This document shows, one piece after another, positions 37,931-48,085 of a stretch of 64,000 nucleotides of DNA. Numbering within the stretch: position 1 is the first letter of the stretch; the number at the start of each line of letters is the position of its first letter. Below the pieces are notes generated by a model that had not been told where the DNA came from, did not search any database, and worked only from the letters and a program-made list of their open reading frames with translations. Location of the stretch: contig JBCCHT010000020.1 of NCBI GenBank assembly GCA_039028615.1, positions 128,001-192,000 on the forward strand. The letters are read 5' to 3'. Origin of the DNA: Myxococcota bacterium. GTDB taxonomy: Bacteria; Myxococcota_A; Polyangia; Nannocystales; Nannocystaceae. The position numbers and the translations under genes were made by a program.

Positions 37931-40900
37931 TCAGGTGTCCACGCTGGGATCGCCCTCGAGACGGACCAGCGAGGCACACACGCCCGGCTTGTCGCGCACC
38001 GCTCGGGCCTCGGCCGCCACCACGGCGTCTCGCTCCCCGAACAGCTCGCCTCGCACCAGCCGAGTCATCGCGGTTTGTGCCGCCTGCTCGTGGCTCAGCG
38101 CCATCGACAGGCTGGTGTCGAGTTCGGCCCGAGCCAAGCGCGGGTTGCCGGACAGCGCGGCCAGGCGCCCCGCTTCGCGCAACGCATGCGGCAAACCATT
38201 GCGGAAACGGACCGTCGTCCACAAGGCGCTCCGCAGGCAGCGACGCGCTTGCGCGAGCGCGGTCGCCCGCTCCGAGGCGGTCTCTGCTTTTTGGGCGGCC
38301 CGACGCCAAGCGGTGGTGCGCCAGACATCGAGCTCGGAGAGCAGCTCGGTGCTCATCAGCCCGGTGTCGCGCAGCTCGACCGAGGTCTTGTCGAGGATCG
38401 CCACCGCTTCCACCGGTCGCGAGGCACCGAGCAATCGCAGGCCGTTGGCCATGGTGGCGAGCAGCTTGGTGTAGTGGTGATCGATCTGCTCGGCGATCTC
38501 CGCCTGCACGCGGATCATCATCGAGGGCACGCGTCCCCCAGAGGCCAAGGTCCACACCAGGATGCTCTTGGCCGCCGCGAACATGTCCCCCGAGTCGAGC
38601 GACTCTTCGTGCACGCGGCGGGCAATCCCGGTGGTCTCAGCGCTGCGCCCGACCTGAAGCATGGCCATGGCGGCGTGCAGCAAGGCATCGTGGGCCTCGG
38701 CCGCGTCGCCCATCGACTCGAGGCTCTCGGCCGCCACGGTGGAGACCCGAGCCGCTTCGGCGAACCGAGACGCAGCGTAGAGCACCACGCCCTGCTGATG
38801 CAGCGACTGCGCCTCACCCCAGCGGTCGCCCAGCCGACGCTGGATCTCGAGGCTGCGGTCGACGTAGGTCAGGCCCCGGCGGAACCAGGGCAGCACGGCG
38901 AGCATCATGCCGTGCCCCGCGTAAGCGCGACCCATCTCCGGCGTGGGCGGGTGACGCTCGGCCGCGTTGAGCTCCCGCAGGTGCGGCCAAAAGACCTGCA
39001 TGCCGCCGCGGCTGAAGTAGTAGGCGTGCGACAGCCGGCTATAGACCCGCATGGCGAGCCGCTCGACCTCGGCGGCGGGCCGCGGTGCCTGGCTGGACGG
39101 GAAGTAGGTGTGACGCAGCTGAACCGCGACCTCGCGCAGGTTCTTGAACAGCAGGTTGGTGCGCCCCTGCGGCACGGGCTCGCCGAGATCGTCGAGCGCC
39201 GCCTCGAGCACGGTGGCCGCGGCCACGACATCACCCCGACCCAGCTCGACCTCGCCCAGCTTGTACAGGACCTTGGCTCGTTGCTCGCCGCGGGTCAGCT
39301 GCTCGCGCACCCGAGACAGCTCGGCCGCGGCCTCGTCGAAGCGACCCTGTCGCATCAACACTTCGGCGTACTCGTTGCGAACCCGAACCTCGTCGGTGGT
39401 GCCGAACTTGCCCGCCGCCAGTGCTCGTCGGTACAGGTCGGCGGCGCGATCGAAGGCCAAGGTCTGCGAGGCGGCCTCGGCCGCCTGGAGGTAGTGCGGG
39501 ACGCTCTGCGCCGGTCGCCCCCCCGCTTCGAGGTGTCGACCGATCCGCTCGTGATCGAGGTTGCCCTCGGCCTGCATCGCGTCGACCAGGCGCAGGTGCC
39601 AGGCCTGACACTCCTGCTCGCCCATCTGCTCGATGACCGCCTGCCGAATGCGATCGTGATAGGTCTCGATGACCTCGACGCCACGCGTGCCCTTGACCCG
39701 CAGAAGGTGTGCGGTACGCAGCTGCACCATCGCGGTGCTCTCTTGCCCGCCGATGTCGGCCGCACGCCGAGCCACCGCGCGCGCGACCGGACCCGCCGCG
39801 ACCGAGAGCGTCTCGAGCAAGCGCCGGGCGGGCGGCTCGAGGTGCTTGATGCGAGCCCGCATGACCTCTTCGACGGTGAGGCCCTTGGCCGACAGCGCGG
39901 GGCTGTCGGGGCTCGTGGCGTAGCGCGCCATCTCGACGAGCAAGAACGGATCGCCCTTGGCTTCGGCCGCGACCTCGGTGGGGCCGATCTGCTTGGGGCT
40001 GACGATGAGCGTGCGCGCCAGGGCCAGCGCGGCGAGAGGCTCGAGCGCCCCGAGATAGATCATCTCGTGATTGGGCTGTGCGGGCAGGAAGTGCCGCAGG
40101 AAGTCGCTGGTGGCCTGGTCCTCGCGGCGGAAGCTGCCCAGCAGCAACAGCGGCGGCATGGGATGGCCGAGCACCTCGGCCAAGACCTGAGCACTGTCGA
40201 CGTCGCCCCACTGGAGGTCGTCGATGGAGATGATGAGCGGGGCGTGTCGAGCGAGCGCATGGAGCAGCTGCCCAAGCGCGGCGACGCCCTGCCGACGAAT
40301 GCGAGCGGGGTCGGTGGTGAGCGGGACGTCGCCGTCGCGGTTGGACGACGGCGCCCCCACGACGACGGTGGAGCGAGCGGAGAGCCCCGGGTCGACCAGC
40401 CGCGGCTCGCTGCCTCGCGTCGCGGCGGAGAACTGCTGCGCCATCGCGTCGGCCCGCGCATCGGCGTCGAGCTCGGGCGAGTCGAGGCCGCGGGGCTCCG
40501 TGACCGAGATGGTCTGCAGCTGCCGAATCTCCTCCATGGAGTCGGCCGGCTTGCGCTCGACGGTGGAGGGCGCGGGCACGCTGGGCGACTCGAACTGCGC
40601 CAGCACGGGAAAGAGGCGACCCAGTGCCCAGCGGTGCTTGGGCATGACCTCTTCGCGCTCGTCGGGCGGCATGCTGGCCAAGTGCTGGCACACCGCGTCC
40701 ATGACCGCGTCGAGGGCCTTATAAGGCACCGACTCTTGCTCGTAGCAGCGCCCGGTGAGCACGACGGCCCCGTTGCGACGCTGCCGCGCGAGGAACTGGC
40801 GCATCAATGCGCTCTTGCCCATGCCGGCCCGACCGGTGACGAGCAGGAGCTGGCCTTCGCCGCGGCTCACCGTGCGCATCGCCGACTCGAGCTGCTTGAG

Positions 40901-41935
40901 CTCGTCATCGCGACCGAGCAGCGGGGTCTCGGTGCGATTGCGGGGTGGCAGCGTACGCTCGGTGTCGCCACACAGAAGATCGAGAATGGCCGGACCCTCG
41001 GGGCGGAGCGCGGGGTCGCGGGCCATCAACGCCAGGCACAGACGATCGAGGTCGACGGGGATGCCCCCGACGACGGCGCTGGGCGGCTCGGGGTCGCGCT
41101 CGAGCTTCTCGCGCACGGGATCGATGCCGGGGTGAGGCAATCGCCCGGTGAGCGCCTCGTAGAGCATCACTCCCACCGCATAGAAGTCGGCGGAGGGGCT
41201 GGGGCGCTCGCCCTGCGCCTGCTCGGGAGACATGTACGCGGGCGTGCCCGCGGCCGCGGCTTGACCCGCCAGCTCCGCCGACACGCCAAAGTCCAGCAAC
41301 ACCGCACGCCCCGAGTCGTCGACCATCAGGTTCGAGGGCTTGACGTCGCGATGCACATGACCGGCTTCGTGCAGCGCCATCAGACCGCGCACGAGCTGAG
41401 CGGTGACCGTGCGCAGGGTGGGCAGCTGCTCTGCCACCAAGGGCGGGAAGTAGGCCAGCTCTCCGGTGAGCGCCGTGGGGACCCGCTCGGGAGCGGCGCC
41501 CGACCACTCGGCCACGGTGTCGCGATCGGCCACGGGAGGCCGCGGCAGGTCGGACTCCCACGTCGGAATCGCCCCCACCGGACGCCGCACGTAGCCGAGG
41601 AAATCGTTGCCGTCCACCAGCTCCATGGTGAACATCAGGTCCTCCCCCGCGGCGTGCAGCTCGTAGAGCTTCACCAGGTTGGGGTGGGCCAGGTCGGCCA
41701 TCGATCGGAACTCTCGCTTGAAGGCGAGCATGCCGGCCGAGCCCTGGACGTTGAGCACCTTGAGAGCGAGCTCGACGCCTCGCTGACGATCGAGCGCCCG
41801 GTACACCACGCTCGACGTACCCCGCCCGAGCGTCGAGCGGATCTCGAAGCGTTCGTCCCCATCGAAGCTGGGGGGTTGCCTCGGCGAGGAGCCACCGATC
41901 CTCGCCGAAGACCCGTCTGGGGGAGCCGGGTTCAC
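37931..41935 (-). CDS. Ser/Thr kinase-AAA ATPase (STAND-like)-TPR protein
   Basis: HRDVKPSN, DFG, Walker A GRAGMGKS, Walker B IDDLQWGD, HDRIR, TPRs; GTG start at 41935 inferred. Confidence 0.9.
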   Translation of the reverse strand: MNPAPPDGSSARIGGSSPRQPPSFDGDERFEIRSTLGRGTSSVVYRALDRQRGVELALKVLNVQGSAGMLAFKREFRSMADLAHPNLVKLYELHAAGEDLMFTMELVDGNDFLGYVRRPVGAIPTWESDLPRPPVADRDTVAEWSGAAPERVPTALTGELAYFPPLVAEQLPTLRTVTAQLVRGLMALHEAGHVHRDVKPSNLMVDDSGRAVLLDFGVSAELAGQAAAAGTPAYMSPEQAQGERPSPSADFYAVGVMLYEALTGRLPHPGIDPVREKLERDPEPPSAVVGGIPVDLDRLCLALMARDPALRPEGPAILDLLCGDTERTLPPRNRTETPLLGRDDELKQLESAMRTVSRGEGQLLLVTGRAGMGKSALMRQFLARQRRNGAVVLTGRCYEQESVPYKALDAVMDAVCQHLASMPPDEREEVMPKHRWALGRLFPVLAQFESPSVPAPSTVERKPADSMEEIRQLQTISVTEPRGLDSPELDADARADAMAQQFSAATRGSEPRLVDPGLSARSTVVVGAPSSNRDGDVPLTTDPARIRRQGVAALGQLLHALARHAPLIISIDDLQWGDVDSAQVLAEVLGHPMPPLLLLGSFRREDQATSDFLRHFLPAQPNHEMIYLGALEPLAALALARTLIVSPKQIGPTEVAAEAKGDPFLLVEMARYATSPDSPALSAKGLTVEEVMRARIKHLEPPARRLLETLSVAAGPVARAVARRAADIGGQESTAMVQLRTAHLLRVKGTRGVEVIETYHDRIRQAVIEQMGEQECQAWHLRLVDAMQAEGNLDHERIGRHLEAGGRPAQSVPHYLQAAEAASQTLAFDRAADLYRRALAAGKFGTTDEVRVRNEYAEVLMRQGRFDEAAAELSRVREQLTRGEQRAKVLYKLGEVELGRGDVVAAATVLEAALDDLGEPVPQGRTNLLFKNLREVAVQLRHTYFPSSQAPRPAAEVERLAMRVYSRLSHAYYFSRGGMQVFWPHLRELNAAERHPPTPEMGRAYAGHGMMLAVLPWFRRGLTYVDRSLEIQRRLGDRWGEAQSLHQQGVVLYAASRFAEAARVSTVAAESLESMGDAAEAHDALLHAAMAMLQVGRSAETTGIARRVHEESLDSGDMFAAAKSILVWTLASGGRVPSMMIRVQAEIAEQIDHHYTKLLATMANGLRLLGASRPVEAVAILDKTSVELRDTGLMSTELLSELDVWRTTAWRRAAQKAETASERATALAQARRCLRSALWTTVRFRNGLPHALREAGRLAALSGNPRLARAELDTSLSMALSHEQAAQTAMTRLVRGELFGERDAVVAAEARAVRDKPGVCASLVRLEGDPSVDT

Positions 41936-42177
41936 GCCGTACCATCCTAGCTGGTGTCGAGGGCGGGGAACATGTCGCTCGCGGATGAAATCACAGGCCG
42001 TCTCGCATGCGAAACCAGCCCTACGCTCGCAGCGTTGGGCGATGGGGCAGCTCGCCACGGTTGCCTCCCATTCCCGGCACCGACCACGCCGTTTCGGGAC
42101 GCCATCGATCGGCCACGTGCGGACGCTCCCGCCGCCGAGACCTCACTCCCGAGCGACCATTTGGGGGCAATCGACGT

Positions 42178-44058
42178 TCAATCAGCGTACAGCCGCATCC
42201 ACTGTTCGAGCACGATGAGCGTCCACAGCCGCAGGCCATGATCCCGTAGGCCACGGCGGTGCTCTTCGACCAGGCGGCCGATGGCTTCGGCATCGAGCAA
42301 GTCGCGTCGGCGCAGCAGCTGCGGCGCGAGCCATTCATCGACCAAACGATCGAGGTCGTTTCGCATCCACACCCCGAGCGGTGCGTTGAAGCCGAGCTTC
42401 CGCCGACGCAAGACCTGATCCGGCAGGCGCCCGCGCGTGATCTTGCGGAGCACCCGCTTCGACGCCAGCGCGCCCACGCGATGCCGGGCCGGAATCTGCA
42501 TCGCCAGCTCGATCAAACGGTGATCACAAAAGGGCACGCGCAGCTCGAGGCCGTGCGCCATGCTCATGCGATCGGAGCCGCGCAGCACGTTCTCGGGGAG
42601 GAAGCCGTGCAGGTCGGCGTACGCCGCTCGCTCGACCAGGCCCGCGGCGGCGGGCCGGTTGAAATGCTCCACCACCGGATCGAGTCGTTCGGTCGCGCGG
42701 AGTCGCTCGCGAAGCGACGCCGTCAGCAAGCGGTCGCGCGCCGCGGGCCGGGCATAGGCCACCCATGATGCGTAGCGCTCGGCGTCGGGCAAGCGCAGGC
42801 CTTCGAGGAACTGCCGGGCCCACCGACGATAGCTGCGGGCGGTGCTCTTCTCCCGCCCCTCGGTCACCCGACTCGCCATGTCGAGCCACGAGCGAGGAAT
42901 CGAGCGGCCCACGCCCGACATCCACAGGCCGCGATAGCGAGGGTAGCCGCCGAAGATCTCGTCGCCGCCGTCGCCGGCCAGCGCCACCGTGACGTGCTGG
43001 CGAACGAACTGCGACAGCGCCGAGCTCAGCATCGCAGTGGGGCTCCCGAAGGGCTCGTCGAAGCCACGCACCATCGCCTCGAGCCCGGACAGCACGTCGA
43101 CGTCGAGCTCGAGCTCGTGGTGATGGGTGCCGAAGTGCTGCGCCACCACGTTGGCCTCGGAGCGCTCGTCGTAGCTTCGCCCCTCCTCGCCGTAGCCGAC
43201 GCAGAACGTCTTCACCGGGCCGTGACCACGCTCCGACAGCACGGCCACGATCGTCGACGAGTCGAGCCCCCCGGACAAAAAGGCCCCCAGCGGAACGTCG
43301 GCGATGGTGCGGGCCGCGATGGCATCCTCGAGCACGGGCGCGACGATCTCGGCCCAGGTCTCGAGCGAGTGCTGGGGCACGATGGCGGGCTCGGCATCCC
43401 AGTAGCGACGGATCTCGATCTCGCCGTCCTTCCACGTCAGCGTGTGACCGGGGGGCAGCTGACGAATGCCCTCGAACATCGAGAGCGGTGGCGGCACGTA
43501 GTACAGGTCGAGATAGGCATCGACCGCCACCGGGTCGAGTGCGCGCGAGACCTGCGGGCACGCCAGCAGTGCCTTGGGCTCGGACCCGAACGCCAGCGCC
43601 GGACCCTGCGGGCCCTGGAACACCGCGTAGTACAGCGGCTTGATGCCCACCCGATCGCGCGCGAGCAGCAGGCGACGCTCGTCCTCGTCCCACAGCGCAA
43701 AGGCAAACATGCCGCCGAGGTGGTCGAGCATGGCGTCGCCCCACTGGCGATGGGCGACCAGCAGAATCTCGGTATCCGAGCGGGACTCGAATGTGTGGCC
43801 GAGGTCCTCGAGCTGCGCCCGCAGCTCACGGAAGTTGTAGACCTCGCCGTTGTAGCTGACCCACTGGCCCCGATCGGCGCTGGCCATGGGCTGGGCCCCG
43901 CCTTCGAGGTCGATGATCGACAAGCGTCGATGACCGAGCGCCCAGCCATCGCCATGCGCGTAGCCGTAGGCATCGGGTCCGCGGTGGCGCAGGCTCGCCG
44001 TCATCGCCTCGAGCAGCGAAGGGTCGGAGAACCCGACCATGCCGGTGATGCCGCACAT
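42178..44058 (-). CDS. asnB: Asparagine synthase (glutamine-hydrolysing) family amidotransferase
   Basis: MCGI N-terminus, HRGPD, RLSIID, NGEVYN, LSGGLDSS, GDGGDEIFGGY, RVPF. Confidence 0.92.
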   Translation of the reverse strand: MCGITGMVGFSDPSLLEAMTASLRHRGPDAYGYAHGDGWALGHRRLSIIDLEGGAQPMASADRGQWVSYNGEVYNFRELRAQLEDLGHTFESRSDTEILLVAHRQWGDAMLDHLGGMFAFALWDEDERRLLLARDRVGIKPLYYAVFQGPQGPALAFGSEPKALLACPQVSRALDPVAVDAYLDLYYVPPPLSMFEGIRQLPPGHTLTWKDGEIEIRRYWDAEPAIVPQHSLETWAEIVAPVLEDAIAARTIADVPLGAFLSGGLDSSTIVAVLSERGHGPVKTFCVGYGEEGRSYDERSEANVVAQHFGTHHHELELDVDVLSGLEAMVRGFDEPFGSPTAMLSSALSQFVRQHVTVALAGDGGDEIFGGYPRYRGLWMSGVGRSIPRSWLDMASRVTEGREKSTARSYRRWARQFLEGLRLPDAERYASWVAYARPAARDRLLTASLRERLRATERLDPVVEHFNRPAAAGLVERAAYADLHGFLPENVLRGSDRMSMAHGLELRVPFCDHRLIELAMQIPARHRVGALASKRVLRKITRGRLPDQVLRRRKLGFNAPLGVWMRNDLDRLVDEWLAPQLLRRRDLLDAEAIGRLVEEHRRGLRDHGLRLWTLIVLEQWMRLYAD

Positions 44059-44235
44059 GGAACCGAGACGTTACTAGCAGGTCGTTGAAAAGCCCACGCG
44101 AGCCGAGGGCACCCCCTCGCCGCCCTCCAGCGACACGCGCAAAACCGCCAGCAAGCACCGCTCTCGTTGCGGTTTCGGTGCCATCCGGTAAGCCGCGTCC
44201 GTGCACGGCTCCCTCGTCGACGCTACGGTGTCCGG

Positions 44236-44433
44236 GTGCAGCGCCTGAGATGGACCGTCATCGCCTTCGCGGCCGCTGCCGCTGCCGCTGCCGCTGCGAA
44301 CGGGTTCCATGGGTGGTTGCATACGAATCTGAAGATTGACTCCTGTCTCGATTCGGGCGGCTGCTGGGACCACTGCCACTCTCGGTGCGAGCGCGAGAGC
44401 CAAGCTCAGTGCAATCGCTGCAAGCCTGAGTGA
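44236..44433 (+). CDS. Small Cys-rich membrane-anchored protein
   Basis: Hydrophobic/poly-Ala N-terminus, then IDSCLDSGGCWD...C...C. Confidence 0.5.
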   Translation: MQRLRWTVIAFAAAAAAAAAANGFHGWLHTNLKIDSCLDSGGCWDHCHSRCERESQAQCNRCKPE

Positions 44434-44724
44434 CCCGAAGATAGAGCCAAGTGCAATGGGCCTGGCTACAGCACTCTCCACGTGGAGATGGCCGGACCAG
44501 CCGCCGCGGGCCGTTTTTGCAGCCGTGCGGACGCGGGGTCGGCGAAACTCGCCCGCAACCGAGCACTTCGGCACCAAGATCGCCGCGCCGCATAACACCT
44601 CACGATAATAGGGTTTTTCCTGACCCACATGCTCCACCGTGCCCGCAATCCGCGAAACCGCTCGGGGCTACTGGTCGCTGGCACGGGCCTTGCTGAAATG
44701 ATCTGAAAGAGGGGGGACACCAGC

Positions 44725-45450
44725 TTGAAGCACACACTTGGCTTGGCCGGACACGCATACGAACTGACACGACTCTTTGCTCGCTCGGCCTGGACCGGCG
44801 ACCCGACGACGGCCCGCGACATCGAAGGCGTCCTCATGGCCATGGCGCCCCCCAAGGCCCGCGATCGGCTGGCCGAATCGCTCCGCCAGGTACCGGAGTT
44901 CGCCGACGGGTCCGAGCCCCGCGCTCTTCCTCCGGGCTTTGGCCCCGATCATCTCCGCCGCTGTGAGCCGGGCACTTTGGGCGCGGCCTATCTCCGCCTG
45001 ATGCGAGACTTCGACCTCGACCCGGAGTCCTTGCCCACGCTCCACACGAGTAACGACCTCACCTACTTCCGGCGGCGAGTCATGGAGTCCCACGACATCT
45101 GGCAGGTCATCGCCGACTGCCCCGCCGACATCGAGGGTGAGCTGGGCGTGGTGGGCTTTTACTTCGGCCACTTCGCGCGCTACTTGAGCGGGCCAACCGG
45201 GACCTACAACGCGGTCATCGGCATGAACCTCGCGGCCGGGCTGCTCCACGTCTCACGCACGCGACCGCGACGGCTCCTGCCCATCGTGACTCGCGTGCTC
45301 CGCAACGTGTACCGGGGCTATCTCGCGGCCCCGCTGTTCTCCCTGCACGGGGAGCAGATGTGGGGGCAACCGGTGACCGAGCTGCTGCCCGACGACGCGG
45401 CACGAGCCGCGATGCCGGCCAACGACGCACCGCGCCTCGTGGTCCACTGA
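44725..45450 (+). CDS. Coq4-family protein with variant metal-binding motif
   Basis: PGTLGAAY, YFRRR..ESHDIWQV......GE; start uncertain. Confidence 0.75.
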   Translation: MKHTLGLAGHAYELTRLFARSAWTGDPTTARDIEGVLMAMAPPKARDRLAESLRQVPEFADGSEPRALPPGFGPDHLRRCEPGTLGAAYLRLMRDFDLDPESLPTLHTSNDLTYFRRRVMESHDIWQVIADCPADIEGELGVVGFYFGHFARYLSGPTGTYNAVIGMNLAAGLLHVSRTRPRRLLPIVTRVLRNVYRGYLAAPLFSLHGEQMWGQPVTELLPDDAARAAMPANDAPRLVVH

Positions 45451-45466
45451 GCGTGCTCGGGCCGAT

Positions 45467-46618
45467 CTAGCCCTTGGCGGCGCCGGCCAGGGCATCGGCG
45501 AGGCCCCGGTGGAAGTGCGCCAGCGGGTACTCGATGCTGCCGACGGGGAAGGTCTGGTTGGCGCCCGAGTGCAGCGTGCTCTGGATGCTCTGCGCCGTGG
45601 CGAGGTCTTCTTTCTGGAACACGTTGCCTTCGATGAGGTCGAAGGTCTGATCCCAGTGGTCGCGCGCTTCGGTCGAGACCTCTCCCGCGGGGATCAGCAT
45701 GCGGTGCTCGTAGCGCGAGGTCTCGTGCGTCACCGGGGTCATGACGATGTGCGAGATCCAGTCGGGGTGAAACACCAAGATCGTGCTGGGGAACAGGTAG
45801 TAGAAGACGGTGGTCGTCTTGCGAATGTCCCACTGCTCGGGGGCTTGCGCGTCGAGCTCGTCGATGGTGCGCCGGGCCCCGACCGAGCGCACGTGCTGGC
45901 CGAGCACGTCGAAGATGAGCCCGTCGGCGTGGAAGAAGCGATAGACCGTGTCGCGGTGCAACGAGCGGAGGTGATAGCCCTCGACGAAGGCGTCGATTAC
46001 CAGCTTCCAGTTGCAGTTCAGGGTCTGGCTCACCTTGCGGTGGACCTGGTGCTCGCCGAGCCCGAAGCTCTCGAGCTCGGACCCCAGCGGGCCGAGGAAG
46101 GCGTCGAGGTCGAGGGTGCCCTCGCGCTCGGGGACCGCCCACACGAAGCCGCCCGCGGTGGCGGTGGGCAGCGGGACCAAGCCGCGCTCGGCCTTGTCCA
46201 TCGAGGGAAAGCACTCCGCCCGGGGCACGTGAATGAGCGAGCCCCGAAGGTCGTAGGACCACGCGTGATAGGGGCACGTGAAGGCCTTGCGCTTCCCGTA
46301 GGGCTCGGTCACCACCCGGCTGCCCCGGTGGCGACACGCGTTGATGAAGGCCTGCGGTCCCTCGGGGCCACGCACGACCACCATCGGCATGCCGGCCACG
46401 TCGTGCGTCACGAAATCGCCCGACTCGGGGAGCTCGGAGACGTGCGCCACGGGCAGCGGATAGCGGCGAAACAGGACGTCGCGCTCGTGCTGGGCCCGCT
46501 GCGGATCGGTATAGGTCGACACGTCGACCGAGGCATCGTGGTCACCGAGCTGGGGGGCCTTGTCGGCCACGCTCTGCCGGAGTCGGGTGAGGAGCTCGAC
46601 TTGGAGTTCGTGCTGCAT
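45467..46618 (-). CDS. Rieske non-heme iron oxygenase, alpha subunit
   Basis: CRH...CPYH Rieske ligands, NWK, EGYH...H, ED mononuclear-iron ligands. Confidence 0.92.
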   Translation of the reverse strand: MQHELQVELLTRLRQSVADKAPQLGDHDASVDVSTYTDPQRAQHERDVLFRRYPLPVAHVSELPESGDFVTHDVAGMPMVVVRGPEGPQAFINACRHRGSRVVTEPYGKRKAFTCPYHAWSYDLRGSLIHVPRAECFPSMDKAERGLVPLPTATAGGFVWAVPEREGTLDLDAFLGPLGSELESFGLGEHQVHRKVSQTLNCNWKLVIDAFVEGYHLRSLHRDTVYRFFHADGLIFDVLGQHVRSVGARRTIDELDAQAPEQWDIRKTTTVFYYLFPSTILVFHPDWISHIVMTPVTHETSRYEHRMLIPAGEVSTEARDHWDQTFDLIEGNVFQKEDLATAQSIQSTLHSGANQTFPVGSIEYPLAHFHRGLADALAGAAKG

Positions 46619-46626
46619 GGTGGCGC

Positions 46627-48003
46627 TCAGGCCTCGCGGATCACGAGTCGTAGCTTACCCCGATTGGTGCGAGGCAGCCGGGTCTCCATCACGACCTCCA
46701 CCTGAAGCTCTGGACCGAGCCGCTGTCGGACCTCGTCGCGCAGGCGCGCCTCGTGCTCGGGCGTCCACGCGCCTCGAGGTACCACGTGAATGGCGATCGC
46801 TCCGGCTTGCCGCTGGCGGATCTGGGCCTCGTGAATGAAGGTCAGCGCCTTGAAGACATGGTCGAGCCGCCCCACTCGAGCCCCGGTATCGAGCTCGACG
46901 TAGTCCTCGTCGCGCCCATCGATGGACAGCAACCGTCGCCCCGGGGCTCGGCTCTCGTCGGGCTCGTCCTCGACCCGCACCAAGTCTCCCGTCTCGTAGC
47001 GAATGAAGGGCTGGTGCCAGTGATCGAGGCTGGTGCCCACGATGCGCCGCACGCTGGAGTCGTCGCCGTCGTGCTCGAGCAGCTCGATCACCGAGAAATC
47101 TTCGTCGAAGCGCAGCTGACCGTCGGGCCACTCGCAGGCGTTGGCGATGGCCTCGGTCTGGGCGTACAGGTCGCGCGGCACGACCCCGAACGCCTCTTCG
47201 ATGGTCTTGCGCGCCACGGGACCCAGGTTCTCCGACGAGGTCGTCACCCAGCGCAGCGCGGGCAAGCGCCGACCGGCCGCCAGCGCGGCCCGGGCCAGCG
47301 GCACCACCAGCGAGGGATAGCCGTGGATCCACGGCAACGCCCGCTGCTCGATCTCGTCGAGGTACTCCTGCACGGTGTGCGGCCCCAGGTGGTAGCCCGA
47401 TAGCAGCACCTGGCGCCCGGGCGCGTTCACTCGCACGTAGGGGCCGTGTTGCTGGTGCAGCGGGACGATCACGCGGCCGCCCAGCTGCGCACACCAGGTG
47501 CGGCGCGTGATGCCGTGCGCCCGACGGTAGCGCCAGCACACCGCCCACTGCTCGCGCAGCGCCGACTCCGAGGCGCGAAACACCAGCCCCGCGCCCGTGG
47601 TCCCGCTGGTCTTGCTCTGCGACATGCGACCGGCGACGGCCGGGACCTCCGACGCCCACATGCGTGACCCCTCGCGCACGATGATGTCCTTGGTCAGCCG
47701 CGGCAGCCGAGCCAGCTCGTCTTCGTGCTGCATGCGATGGGGCGAGAACCCCACCCGCGCGAACAAGTCGCGCCAGTAGGGCACGTGCTGCCCCGCGTGG
47801 ATCAGCATGGTGCGCAGGCGAGCGCGGCGATCGGCCTGACGCTGCGCCTCGGTCCACTGCATCCGCGCCTCGACCTGCCGCACCCGAGTGCTGAAGCCGG
47901 GAGGGAAGCGCTCGAGCTGGATCCGCAACCCCTCGGCGCTGCACGCCAGGTGTTGCGCCCACACGGGCGCGTGACCGTAGAGGCGGGTCACCGTAGCGAG
48001 CAC
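46627..48003 (-). CDS. Phenylacetate--CoA ligase/CapK-like adenylate-forming enzyme
   Basis: TSGTTG, GYPS, Y..TE, PFIRYETGD, DGR.ED, GKLR. Confidence 0.85.
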   Translation of the reverse strand: MLATVTRLYGHAPVWAQHLACSAEGLRIQLERFPPGFSTRVRQVEARMQWTEAQRQADRRARLRTMLIHAGQHVPYWRDLFARVGFSPHRMQHEDELARLPRLTKDIIVREGSRMWASEVPAVAGRMSQSKTSGTTGAGLVFRASESALREQWAVCWRYRRAHGITRRTWCAQLGGRVIVPLHQQHGPYVRVNAPGRQVLLSGYHLGPHTVQEYLDEIEQRALPWIHGYPSLVVPLARAALAAGRRLPALRWVTTSSENLGPVARKTIEEAFGVVPRDLYAQTEAIANACEWPDGQLRFDEDFSVIELLEHDGDDSSVRRIVGTSLDHWHQPFIRYETGDLVRVEDEPDESRAPGRRLLSIDGRDEDYVELDTGARVGRLDHVFKALTFIHEAQIRQRQAGAIAIHVVPRGAWTPEHEARLRDEVRQRLGPELQVEVVMETRLPRTNRGKLRLVIREA

Positions 48004-48085
48004 CCGCGTACTGTAGCGCGACTTCGCCGGGGTCACCCGCAGGAAACTGCCGCCCGCGTACGACGTGTTGGGCGGTAGTCGAGCG

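Noticed and set aside
38075..41950. 1291-aa + strand ORF (also 16435..19266, 29384..31918, 2821..4902 and similar)
   Set aside because: Antisense or alternate-frame shadows of real genes; long stop-free frames are expected at this GC content and carry no motifs
42178..44058. Lasso peptide cyclase
   Set aside because: Full glutaminase domain with N-terminal Cys; no B protein, RRE or precursor nearby
44272..44295. (GCCGCT)4 as a phase-variation tract
   Set aside because: In-frame hexamer encoding poly-Ala; unit changes would not shift the frame
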